This document shows positions 9,102-18,271 of a stretch of 38,130 bases of DNA, piece after piece (position 1 is the stretch's first letter; each line of letters opens with the position of its first letter). The notes under the pieces are model-generated. The model saw only the letters and a list, made by a program, of their open reading frames with translations. It made no database searches and was not told the origin of the DNA. Origin of the DNA: a virus (taxonomy: Duplodnaviria; Caudoviricetes). The translations under genes and the position numbers were made by a program. The DNA is taken from positions 1 to 38,130 of IMG/VR virus record IMGVR_UViG_3300005239_000040; one strand, given 5' to 3'.

Positions 9102-9479
9102 ATGGCCAAATATACACCTGAAAAAAACTTTAGACCCACTTCTGCTGAAACACAGTTTGCACCTTCTCCCTATGCAGGTTGTATATACATCCCTTCAGAA
9201 GAAGTGTTTGGCATTTTTAAGTTTCGTGGACTAATGCTTCTAGGATTTAGAGCATACTGTTTTTCTAGAAACTTAGATATGAATGACTCTGGAGTTCAGG
9301 CTGACTATCTTCTAAAGCAACTTGAAGAGAATACAGAACTGCGTGGATCAGAACTTAAGAATGCAGAAACTATTGAGAAAGCTGCACAATTAATTCATGA
9401 ATATATATTAAAAGACAATGCGAATATTGATAAGACTGTTAATCTTGCATATGACTTTCTAGAAAGGAATACTGCATAA
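9102..9479 (+). CDS. Degenerate phage tail lysozyme (Phage_lysozyme2)-like protein
   Basis: FGIFKFRG..LDMNDSGVQADYLLKQLE..E..G.ELKNAETIEKAA resembles the C-terminal half of tail lysozyme domains. Shine-Dalgarno AGGAG 6 nt upstream of the ATG. Confidence 0.45.
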   Translation: MAKYTPEKNFRPTSAETQFAPSPYAGCIYIPSEEVFGIFKFRGLMLLGFRAYCFSRNLDMNDSGVQADYLLKQLEENTELRGSELKNAETIEKAAQLIHEYILKDNANIDKTVNLAYDFLERNTA

Positions 9480-10678
9480 TGGCAAATAAATTTAATGAAG
9501 ATGTGGGAGATCGTATTCCTGCTCCAAACCTTCCTTTTTTAGCAGACCCAACTGTAGATGTTACTGTAGATTATAGTGGGCCAGAAGGACCAGAGTTTGA
9601 ATCAAAGGCACAGATTACTAGCAGAATTTTAGAAAATCAGGTTAACAAGACTGAAGAAGACCCTACATTTGAATCTAAGTCAGAAATCACTAGTAGGATT
9701 ATTGGTAACGAAAAAGTAGAGCATGAAGACCAACCTAATTACGGACCACCCGGAACAAACAGTTCACAAGAAGGTGGTTCTAATAAGTCATTAACTCCTA
9801 ATGGTGTTCCACCCGGTGCTGCCAGAGCAGAGACTGGAACTTTTGAAGATGCTAGTAGATCGTCCAAATCTAGTAAACTCACAGAGCAAGACGGAACTAC
9901 AGTATCTTCTGGAAGTGGGACATATTCTACACAACTCTCTAGCATGTTTTGTAATGCTAGTATGGTCTATGCATCCAGTCAGAATGTAAAGTATAGCAAT
10001 AACACAGGTGGTGGATCAAGTGGTAATAGTTCTGCACAAAATTTAGGTGATGCGGGAAATGCAGAGTCAAGTGCAAAATTTGATGCAGCTACCAATGAAG
10101 AAGTACAAGAAGATATTTTGAATGCTCTTGGTATTGATGATCCCTCTTCTATTGAAGGATTTGAATATGGAGATACTTTAGATGCAACGTTTGATAACTT
10201 AAGAGCATCTGGTGTAGATGTTGATGGTATGTTAGCAGCATCTAACCCCGTTGATATTGCATCTGCATTCTTAGGTGCTAATGAAAATAATCCTGCGCAT
10301 GCTGCTGTTCTGGGACAGTTCTTTGAAGCATCTACAGGAACTACTATTAACCCTGCACAGACTGCATGGTGTGCAGCATTTGCTAACTCTGTAGTAGCTT
10401 CTACAGGTCTGCAACCTACAGGTGGGTTGAATGCTAAGTCGTTCCTGAACTGGGGACAGGGTGTAGATGTTTCTAACGGACTTGGAAATGTTAAACCGGG
10501 TGACATTGCAGTATTTGATAGAGGAACCCCCGGAGACTGGAGAGGTCATGTTGGATTTGTTCAGTCTGTAAATGCTGATGGGACATTAAATATTCTTGGT
10601 GGTAACCAAGGTGACAGTGTGAGTATTAAAAAATACTCTACCGATAGGCTTGAAGGTATTAGAAGGGCTAAAAGATAA
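9479..10678 (+). CDS. Protein with C-terminal NlpC/P60 / CHAP-like (TIGR02594-type) cysteine peptidase
   Basis: AWCAAFANSV..SFLNWG..PGDIAVFDRG..GHVGFV..ILGGNQGDSV shows an intact Cys/His pair. The N-terminus is low-complexity. Confidence 0.85.
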   Translation: MANKFNEDVGDRIPAPNLPFLADPTVDVTVDYSGPEGPEFESKAQITSRILENQVNKTEEDPTFESKSEITSRIIGNEKVEHEDQPNYGPPGTNSSQEGGSNKSLTPNGVPPGAARAETGTFEDASRSSKSSKLTEQDGTTVSSGSGTYSTQLSSMFCNASMVYASSQNVKYSNNTGGGSSGNSSAQNLGDAGNAESSAKFDAATNEEVQEDILNALGIDDPSSIEGFEYGDTLDATFDNLRASGVDVDGMLAASNPVDIASAFLGANENNPAHAAVLGQFFEASTGTTINPAQTAWCAAFANSVVASTGLQPTGGLNAKSFLNWGQGVDVSNGLGNVKPGDIAVFDRGTPGDWRGHVGFVQSVNADGTLNILGGNQGDSVSIKKYSTDRLEGIRRAKR

Positions 10679-11388
10679 TGGCAGTAGGTGATCCAATTGC
10701 AACAGTAAAAAGAAAAGTTAACTTTGCAGATAGGTTTGATCCTAACTCAAAAACTTTATCTGCTGATTTTATAGGTGATGATATTTCACCTGTATTTGAT
10801 GCGTTGAATGCTAAGCCGGGTGATTATATTGAAACCTCAGAAGAAGTAGAAGCATATCTCAGGTCTTCCAGAAGAGAGTATACCCAAGCAATTATATGTA
10901 ATACTCATACAGACTTCAAGCAGAATCTTGACAGAGATGGGTTGCGTGACTGGTATAAGCAGTCCTATGAACAACTAGACATAAACTATCATTTTCTTAT
11001 TTTGAGAGATGGTCGTATTCAAATTAATAAAAGGATTAATGAAGAACCCCCATTTACTCCTGTAGATATTCATGTGCCATTTAGTATTAGTATTGCTATG
11101 GTAGGTGGCATGAAAGATGGGTTATACGATATTGATACTTGTTCTCCTAATCAATGGAAAACATTAAGAGCATTCTTAAAAGTGTTCTATACAATTCTTC
11201 CGGGGGGACAAGTATTTGGACATTCTGATATTAACCCTAATGCTCCTGATCCGGGATTTGATGCTGTTAGATATGTGGAGACAAGTTTTGGTAAAAGAAA
11301 TACATTACGAAATGCTGATGCTAGAGCCAAAGGGTCTTTGAGTATCTATGATCTTATCGGTGAAAGCAGAAGAAGAGGGTTTAGGTAA
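10678..11388 (+). CDS. N-acetylmuramoyl-L-alanine amidase-like protein (Amidase_2 / T7 lysozyme fold)
   Basis: Motifs INYHFLILRDGRIQ, SISIAMVGG, QWKTL and PGGQVFGHSD..DPGFD. Confidence 0.8.
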   Translation: MAVGDPIATVKRKVNFADRFDPNSKTLSADFIGDDISPVFDALNAKPGDYIETSEEVEAYLRSSRREYTQAIICNTHTDFKQNLDRDGLRDWYKQSYEQLDINYHFLILRDGRIQINKRINEEPPFTPVDIHVPFSISIAMVGGMKDGLYDIDTCSPNQWKTLRAFLKVFYTILPGGQVFGHSDINPNAPDPGFDAVRYVETSFGKRNTLRNADARAKGSLSIYDLIGESRRRGFR

Positions 11389-12911
11389 TGTCCACAGGAT
11401 TTAAAGACCCGGATGGCGAATTCCCACGCAAAGAGTATATTGGTAATGCAACTACTAACAAGGCTGCCAGAGAAGAATGGGAACCATATGTGCAACTTCC
11501 TGATGGCACAGAAAACCTTGAGTTAGTAAAGAACGATTGGCAACCTAAGTATCCCTACAATAAAGTAGAAGAAACTTCTTCTGGGCATAGAGTTGAGCAT
11601 GACGATACTCCGGGTGGTGAACGATTATCTTATGTTCACAAAGATGGTAGTGGCATTGAAATGTATCCTAATGCACAGGATGCAACTACATTATTGTTAA
11701 ACTCTGTTGGCAGACAAGTTCAATTAGTCGGTGATGATTTTGTAATGATTGTGAATGGTAATGGTGATGTTCATTACAAAGGCAACTTGAACTTAAATGT
11801 AGATGGTGACTTTAACATTGCTTGCACTAACTTTACTGTAACGACTACTGGTAAGCAGGTAGAAGAAATCAGGCAAGAGAAGATAGAAAACTTTGTAGGT
11901 GATAGAGTTGTCACCACACAGGGAAGTAAATCAGAAGTTGTCTTGGGTGACTATACTATGGAAAGTATGGGAAACAGTTATTTTGTTTCCAAAAAGAATA
12001 CAAGAATTACAGCAGAAGATAATATTGATATTTTTGCTGGTGATGATATGAGGCTGACAGCAGAAGGAACTATGACTAGTTCTGCTATGACTAACAGATT
12101 AATCGGTCTCTGCACTTCAGTAGTGGGCAATACAGGCACCTTTGGTGGTCAGAATATGGTAATGTATGCCAAGACCTACCACGGTGATGTTATTGGCACA
12201 GCAGAGAGGGCTAGGTATGCTACAGACACTGATCCTGATGAAGTACAAACCGCTATGCCAACAACTGCGAACTTAACAGAAGGTCTTACTAAAACACAGA
12301 CACTTGGTGTGCGTAACATTGATGTTGATGATACTAAGATTTCCACAAGTGTCAAGAGCGAAGTTCAGTCTTCAGGGTCTTCCTCAAACACAGCACAAAG
12401 ACCAGATACGTTTAGTGATGATCCTGCCCCAACTACAACTACCAAAGAAGGTAGAGGGGGTATTGGAGACTTTAATCCAAATGATCCTGCTACCGAAAGA
12501 TATAACAATCCGGGTGGTATGTATCCTGCCTCATGGCAAGAGAAGTATGGAGCAGTGTCAAATGATGACCGTATTGGTGGTGGACATTCTATTGCTGGGT
12601 TTGCTACAAAAGAAGGTGGTGCAGCTGCACAAATGTCTCTGCTGAAAGAAGGTAAATATTACAGAAACGAATCTATCAGAGGTGCTATTAGCACATGGTC
12701 TGGTGGAAACAATGTTGATAGTTATATGACAAGTCTTCAGAATCAAGGCATTGATACCAGCAAGAATGTTTCATTCTATACTAGCAGCAAGGCAGGGACA
12801 ATCAAACTTGCTAAGGCAATGTCTAGTCATGAAAAAGGTGGTAAGTATAGTCTGTCAGATAATGGATGGTCTAGTGCCTATGACTTGGGCAATAGTAAAG
12901 GGTGGTTATAA
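11388..12911 (+). CDS. gp5: gp5 central/beta-helix spike portion with C-terminal NNPG-type putative muramidase domain
   Basis: Motifs GFKDPDGEFP and YPYNKVEETSSGHRVEHDDTPGGERL, V.G(D/N) repeats, and C-terminal RYNNPGGM..FAT.E.G..A..SI..AISTWS..NN..SY. Confidence 0.8.
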   Translation: MSTGFKDPDGEFPRKEYIGNATTNKAAREEWEPYVQLPDGTENLELVKNDWQPKYPYNKVEETSSGHRVEHDDTPGGERLSYVHKDGSGIEMYPNAQDATTLLLNSVGRQVQLVGDDFVMIVNGNGDVHYKGNLNLNVDGDFNIACTNFTVTTTGKQVEEIRQEKIENFVGDRVVTTQGSKSEVVLGDYTMESMGNSYFVSKKNTRITAEDNIDIFAGDDMRLTAEGTMTSSAMTNRLIGLCTSVVGNTGTFGGQNMVMYAKTYHGDVIGTAERARYATDTDPDEVQTAMPTTANLTEGLTKTQTLGVRNIDVDDTKISTSVKSEVQSSGSSSNTAQRPDTFSDDPAPTTTTKEGRGGIGDFNPNDPATERYNNPGGMYPASWQEKYGAVSNDDRIGGGHSIAGFATKEGGAAAQMSLLKEGKYYRNESIRGAISTWSGGNNVDSYMTSLQNQGIDTSKNVSFYTSSKAGTIKLAKAMSSHEKGGKYSLSDNGWSSAYDLGNSKGWL

Positions 12912-13805
12912 ATGCTAAAGTTTAATATTAATAAACTCTCTCCTAGAGAAGTTAGAAGTTTCCTCAGAGACCCCAATAACAGAGAAGACGGTGTTCTTGT
13001 CGGAGCAGCATTTGCCAAGAACCTTATTGGTGGAGACTACTTTATTCCTCTAGCTAAAAGACTTCGCACATACTTTGGTAGTATGGCAGGAACTAAATAT
13101 TCAAAGGACTCTTTGATTAAATCCAAAACTCCTAGAAGATATAAAGAAAACTTTGCACTAAAGGCAATTCTACCTGATCCTGTATATGACCCTCTTAAAC
13201 TTCCTACTATTAATGCAGGAACAAAACTAGGGCAGGGTATTCCCCTCTCTATGTTTAGCAATGCATCTGGAAGTAAAGGCACTCTTAATCACCTTTCACA
13301 AACAGAAAGAAAAGAAGTTGCTAAACATCTTTATTGTCAAGTTCCATTAATTCAAGGGTTTAGAAGTCAGGCAAGATTTAGAAACCATAGTATCTTTATT
13401 AGTGACGGATTGGTAAAGAAGCAAGATAGTGAAACTTTAGTATCTGGGGACATTAGAGACTTACAGACTAAAGGTAGAGCAGTAGTCTATGAAGTATTAG
13501 ATAATAAAGGTAAGAATGATCCTGTTGCTACATTTGAACTTGCTAACTACTGGAAAGACAATCATTTGTTTCAGGGATTAGTTTTACACTTTGATAGTAT
13601 GGACCCTTTGCCAGAAGACCCCTATGCAAATAGACATGACAATATTGAATTTCTTGACCCTACAAGAGAATACCATGCAGAAATTATTGTTGTAATGCCT
13701 AGTGTTGATTATTACTACAGGGGAAACTTTGAAAGAAGAGTTCGCACTGATATTAATTTTAGGACACTAATCAAAGATGGATTAGGTCATTTTCAATATA
13801 AATAA
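12912..13805 (+). CDS. Hypothetical baseplate-associated protein, possibly a degenerate peptidase M15 fold
   Basis: Long ORF between gp5 and gp25. TKLGQGIPLSMF, IFISDG and KGRAVVY weakly recall M15A, but the zinc ligands are not evident. Confidence 0.4.
   Translation: MLKFNINKLSPREVRSFLRDPNNREDGVLVGAAFAKNLIGGDYFIPLAKRLRTYFGSMAGTKYSKDSLIKSKTPRRYKENFALKAILPDPVYDPLKLPTINAGTKLGQGIPLSMFSNASGSKGTLNHLSQTERKEVAKHLYCQVPLIQGFRSQARFRNHSIFISDGLVKKQDSETLVSGDIRDLQTKGRAVVYEVLDNKGKNDPVATFELANYWKDNHLFQGLVLHFDSMDPLPEDPYANRHDNIEFLDPTREYHAEIIVVMPSVDYYYRGNFERRVRTDINFRTLIKDGLGHFQYK
13797..13804 (+). promoter_or_regulatory. T4-type late promoter TATAAATA
   Basis: Exact consensus 28 nt upstream of gp25. Confidence 0.85.
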
Positions 13806-13832
13806 GATAACAACCGGATAAAAAGTAGTCAT

Positions 13833-14282
13833 ATGGCAGTAAGAAAAGCATTCTCTATTGAAGACGGTAACTTAAATAGACCGTCTACTATCAATACCAG
13901 AAAAAGAAACTACAGTGACATTGATTTGACATTCACTGCTAGAACTACTGGTGATGTGTTTAAAAAGAAAGATGCAGCTGCTGTTAAGCAATCAGTGAAG
14001 ACTATCTTGCAGACAAACTATGGAGAGAGACCTTTCCAGCCAAAGTTTGGTGCAGATTTAAGGTCTAAGTTATTTGATAACTATACTGCTGATGAAAATG
14101 AATTCTTTGTTTCTGATGCAGTAAAAACTGCAATCAGACGTTATGAACCTAGAGCAAAAGTTCTAGATGTTACAGTAAGTGAACAACCAGACAGAAATTT
14201 TTTAGGTGTGCAAGTGGAATTCCAAGTTATAGACACCAATGAAATTGTAGTATTAGATACTAGCATATCAAGGATTAGATAA
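13833..14282 (+). CDS. gp25: Baseplate wedge subunit
   Basis: YSDIDLTF..DV..KKDAAAVKQSVKTILQTNYGERPFQPKFGADL..AIRRYEPRA. Confidence 0.95.
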   Translation: MAVRKAFSIEDGNLNRPSTINTRKRNYSDIDLTFTARTTGDVFKKKDAAAVKQSVKTILQTNYGERPFQPKFGADLRSKLFDNYTADENEFFVSDAVKTAIRRYEPRAKVLDVTVSEQPDRNFLGVQVEFQVIDTNEIVVLDTSISRIR

Positions 14283-14284
14283 GA

Positions 14285-16168
14285 ATGGCAACCACAATTA
14301 CACCATCAGACTTAAACTTTGATGATATTAAAACATCTCTAAAGGCTTACTTTGCATCTAAGTCAGAGTTTGCTGACTATGACTTTGAAGGTTCTGGTCT
14401 ATCTAATATTATGGATGTGTTAGCATATAACACACACTTAAATGGATTGCTGGCAAACTTTGCATTAAATGAAGCATTCTTACCTACAGCACAACTCAGA
14501 ACGTCTTTGGTAAACCAGTCACTTTCTTTTGGATATATTCCAAGATCAAAGACTTCATCCCGTGCGCAGTTGACAGTTAGTGTCAATCTTTCGTCTGCTG
14601 CTTCTAGACCATCAACTGTAACACTTCCAGCTGGAACAGCATTCACAGCATCAGTTGATGGAGTTACATATACCTTTAGAACACTTGTAGATTATATTGG
14701 GTATGACACAACAGGTTCTGGTATCTACACGTTTGTAGATCAACTTGGCAATCCATACATTACAGTTCTTGAAGGTAGTTTAACTGTCAAAACATTCATT
14801 GCAGAAATTACAGGTGATAGACAAGTATATGTTGTCCCTGATGCTGACTTGGACCTTACCACAGTTGGCGTGCAGGTATATGAAGATATTAACTCGGATA
14901 CCTTTACCACATACTTTAGTTCAAATGCTACAACTAGCGGTAATGTCATTAACACTATATCTGCTTCTACTGCCCTCTATCTTCCACTAGAGACCTATAA
15001 CGGATACTGGGAGTTTAACTTTGGTGTAGGTGGTGTTACAGGAGTTAACCCTGAGAATGGTCAGGCAATTCGTATTACATATTTAAGAACAAGTGGATTG
15101 GATGCAAATGGAGCATCTGTATTTACTCCTACTGGAACACTCAGTGTAAACAATATTTCTTATAATCTAAATGTTACAACATTTGCAAAGTCTTCTTTTG
15201 GTGCAGATAAAGAGGGTATTGAATCTATTAGACAAAATGCTCCACTTTCTTACCTTGCCCAAAATAGATTTGTTGCTGCTGGGGATTACCTTGGAGTTAT
15301 TGCTAACGGTGTTCCGGGTATTAAATCTATTAATGCATGGGGTGGCGAAGATAATGTTCCTGCCAAGTATGGTAAAGTTTTAGTCTCTCTTGTATATGAA
15401 GACACTTTATCAGAAGCACAGAAGCTAGCAACAGAGTCTTTGATTGTACAGAACTTAACTGATCCATTATCTGTAATCGGCATTGAAGCAGAATTTGTTG
15501 ATCCAGTATTCATTTACCTTGACACCACGACTACATTTAGATATAATAGTGGATTGACAAATCTTACACGACAGGCAATTGAAAACAAAGTTAGAAATTT
15601 TGTTCAGTCATATTTTGATGTGAACACTGGAAAATTTAACGATGTAGTTCACAAGTCTAAACTTTCTGCTGCTATTGATACTGCCGATGCTTCTATTCTT
15701 GGAACTAAAATTGAAACAAAAATGACTGCTAGGTTTACTCCAAGTAGAAATCCTAACACAGATAATATCATTAGAGCAGACTACACTATTAACTTCTTGA
15801 ATAGTATTCAGTCCCCATTAATGGTAGATTCTACAATTACTAGTGATAGGTTTAGTTTTAACAATGTTGTTTGCACAATTAGAAATAAAAAGGGACACTC
15901 TACTTTATTGCAGATTGTTGATCAGAATGGTAAAGTGGTAGCAGACAATATTGGTAACTATGATCCTACTACTGGTATTCTAACATTAACTGGATTTCAA
16001 CCACAATCTATTACTTCTGGTGCTAGGTTCTTAAATATTACTGCTGTTCCTGCTGATGATACAAACTTTAAGCCACTAAGAAATACTCTGCTGACTTTAG
16101 GTAATAACTTTGTATCTGGTATTCCAGATGTAGATGCTGCAACTGCTGTTACAGGTGTGACTAACTAA
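14285..16168 (+). CDS. gp6: Baseplate wedge subunit
   Basis: LNFDDIKTSLK..FADYDFEGSGLS..DVLAYNTH..NEAFL.TAQLR, E.IESIRQNAP..AQNR.V..DY and AWGGEDNVP..YGKV. Confidence 0.96.
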   Translation: MATTITPSDLNFDDIKTSLKAYFASKSEFADYDFEGSGLSNIMDVLAYNTHLNGLLANFALNEAFLPTAQLRTSLVNQSLSFGYIPRSKTSSRAQLTVSVNLSSAASRPSTVTLPAGTAFTASVDGVTYTFRTLVDYIGYDTTGSGIYTFVDQLGNPYITVLEGSLTVKTFIAEITGDRQVYVVPDADLDLTTVGVQVYEDINSDTFTTYFSSNATTSGNVINTISASTALYLPLETYNGYWEFNFGVGGVTGVNPENGQAIRITYLRTSGLDANGASVFTPTGTLSVNNISYNLNVTTFAKSSFGADKEGIESIRQNAPLSYLAQNRFVAAGDYLGVIANGVPGIKSINAWGGEDNVPAKYGKVLVSLVYEDTLSEAQKLATESLIVQNLTDPLSVIGIEAEFVDPVFIYLDTTTTFRYNSGLTNLTRQAIENKVRNFVQSYFDVNTGKFNDVVHKSKLSAAIDTADASILGTKIETKMTARFTPSRNPNTDNIIRADYTINFLNSIQSPLMVDSTITSDRFSFNNVVCTIRNKKGHSTLLQIVDQNGKVVADNIGNYDPTTGILTLTGFQPQSITSGARFLNITAVPADDTNFKPLRNTLLTLGNNFVSGIPDVDAATAVTGVTN

Positions 16169-16169
16169 A

Positions 16170-17138
16170 ATGTCTAATGAAAGAACCTTAACCGACTTTA
16201 ACCGACTAGAAGCAAACTTGTATGAGTCACAGGTTGATACAGTTGTTCCTGAACATTTTAAAGAGCAATACCCCAAACTTGTAGACTTCATTAAATCATA
16301 CTATGAGTATCTTGATAGTGATGGGCAACCGACCCACAACCTCAAGAAAATGTTTACTATTAAAGACCCTAATTCTACAGATAAAGAATTTCTAGACCTT
16401 CTTTATGCAGAACGTGTTCCCGGAATTAGTCCAGATACATTTCCTTCTCCTAGATTTTCTTTGCTTCAAATCCCCGGATTTCTTAATTCAAAAGGTTCTA
16501 AAATCTCTATTGATGGGTTCTTTAGATGGTTTTATGGAACAGATGTTGAGCAAATCCTTCCTAGAAATTCTATGTTCATTGTGGGACAATCAGAGATTGG
16601 TGCAGAATCTTTAAGATTTATTCAAGATTCATATTTCTATCAAGTGTATTCTATTCTACTGAGAACTAATATTCCTACAGCAGAGTGGTTTTCTTTTTAC
16701 AAAAGTTATTTGCATCCAGCAGGGTTTGCAATCTTTACAGAAACACTGTTTGAACTTTTACCGACAAACTCTATCATAGCAGAAAGTATGCCTCTCGCTA
16801 TTGTAGATAGTGACATTGCTGTAACTTCCTTTGAATTCTCTGCTAATGTCAATCTTTTCCCAACTATTAGCCTTACAGGTATTGATAGTGCTACAGATAC
16901 AAGATACTACCCTGATAGAGATATTCATTTCTATAATAATACTATTGGTGATATGGGAGACTCCTACAGTAATTATGCATCTATTGCAGATATCCTAAAT
17001 ACTAATTCACTGACCTTTGATGATTCAGCAGATTCTGTTAATTCTGAACTTACCCGTATCTTTATGTCTGACACAATTCAAACCTTGGACGAAGATGCTT
17101 TTCCATTTTATGATAGTGTAGGGACTGATGTTCCTTAG
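16170..17138 (+). CDS. Baseplate wedge initiator gp7-like (short form)
   Basis: Follows gp6. Motifs PEHF..QYPKLVDFIKSYYEYL, SKGS..SI..FFR..YG, IQDSYFYQVYS and LHPAGFAIF. Confidence 0.7.
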   Translation: MSNERTLTDFNRLEANLYESQVDTVVPEHFKEQYPKLVDFIKSYYEYLDSDGQPTHNLKKMFTIKDPNSTDKEFLDLLYAERVPGISPDTFPSPRFSLLQIPGFLNSKGSKISIDGFFRWFYGTDVEQILPRNSMFIVGQSEIGAESLRFIQDSYFYQVYSILLRTNIPTAEWFSFYKSYLHPAGFAIFTETLFELLPTNSIIAESMPLAIVDSDIAVTSFEFSANVNLFPTISLTGIDSATDTRYYPDRDIHFYNNTIGDMGDSYSNYASIADILNTNSLTFDDSADSVNSELTRIFMSDTIQTLDEDAFPFYDSVGTDVP

Positions 17139-17146
17139 AATTCTGT

Positions 17147-17154
17147 TATAAATA
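17147..17154 (+). promoter_or_regulatory. T4-type late promoter TATAAATA
   Basis: Exact consensus in the intergenic gap, 28 nt upstream of ATG 17183. Confidence 0.85.
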
Positions 17155-17182
17155 TTATTAATTCATTTACTGAGTAGGTAAC

Positions 17183-18256
17183 ATGGCAAGACAAAACATT
17201 TCAATCGGTGCTGCGGCTAATGATGGTACAGGAGATACCCTTAGAGGTGCTGGCACTAAGATTAATGATAACTTTACAGAACTTTATTCTGCACTAGGCG
17301 GTGATAGCACATCACTTGGTAATAATATTAGTTTTGATAGCACTGGTATCATTTTTTCCAATGACTCTAACTTCAGTGTTACATTAGGGTTGTTAGACTC
17401 AGCTCTTATGAGCAATAAGGTTGTCAGTCTCCCTAACAAGACTGGTGAGATTGTAGTCATTGAAGGTGCAGCAGGAAACAAAAACGTTGATCTTGCAGAC
17501 TCTCCTACTGGTGTTGCTGCAACATTGTATTTTGGTAATGCCTTTGCTAATGCTGCTGCACTTCCTTCTGCTACTGTATATAACGGCATGTTTGGGTTCT
17601 TAACAGACGAAGAAAAGGCTGTAGCAGCACATGGCACAAATGGTTGGATACGGTTAATTGATAGTGATACTTTAACTACAGGTAACTATAGTGTAACAAC
17701 TAACGCAACTTTTAGTGGTCTTACTCTGAATGACCCTAAAATGAAGACAATTCTTCGTGATTCTGGTGATCAACCCATTGTTCAATTGTCTACAGATGGC
17801 ACACCTACTAACTACTTAAAAATTACTTCTACTGATTCGTCCCCAACTGTTGGAGCAGAAGGCGGCACAGACGTAGGAGTAAACATTAAACCAAAGAATG
17901 ATGGTGTAATTAATTTTAACGGTAGAGTTAAATATAATACACAAAGCTTAACTCATGTTGATAACGTATTCGACTCAGGTGCAGCAGTATACATTATCAA
18001 TGCATCCACTTCTCATACATTTAATTTCTTTGGAACAGGTTTTGAAGTTGGTGAAGTAAAGAAAATTATTAACAAGAGTGGCGCAAACACTGTTACAATC
18101 CAATGGCCTAATGGTCTAACATACTTTGGTCATCCAGACGGTGGTTCTGGTTTTGTAGAAATGACAGGTAATGGATACTTCGAAACAATTTGGGACGGAG
18201 ACCAGTGGCAGATTAGTAAAGACTCAGATAAACTCGGCAAATTTGGAATTGGTTAA
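17183..18256 (+). CDS. Baseplate structural protein with gp9/gp10-type N-terminus
   Basis: MARQNISIGAAANDGTGDTLRGAGTKINDNFTELY is the gp9/gp10 N-terminal signature. Confidence 0.8.
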   Translation: MARQNISIGAAANDGTGDTLRGAGTKINDNFTELYSALGGDSTSLGNNISFDSTGIIFSNDSNFSVTLGLLDSALMSNKVVSLPNKTGEIVVIEGAAGNKNVDLADSPTGVAATLYFGNAFANAAALPSATVYNGMFGFLTDEEKAVAAHGTNGWIRLIDSDTLTTGNYSVTTNATFSGLTLNDPKMKTILRDSGDQPIVQLSTDGTPTNYLKITSTDSSPTVGAEGGTDVGVNIKPKNDGVINFNGRVKYNTQSLTHVDNVFDSGAAVYIINASTSHTFNFFGTGFEVGEVKKIINKSGANTVTIQWPNGLTYFGHPDGGSGFVEMTGNGYFETIWDGDQWQISKDSDKLGKFGIG

Positions 18257-18271
18257 AGTAGGTAAAAAAAC

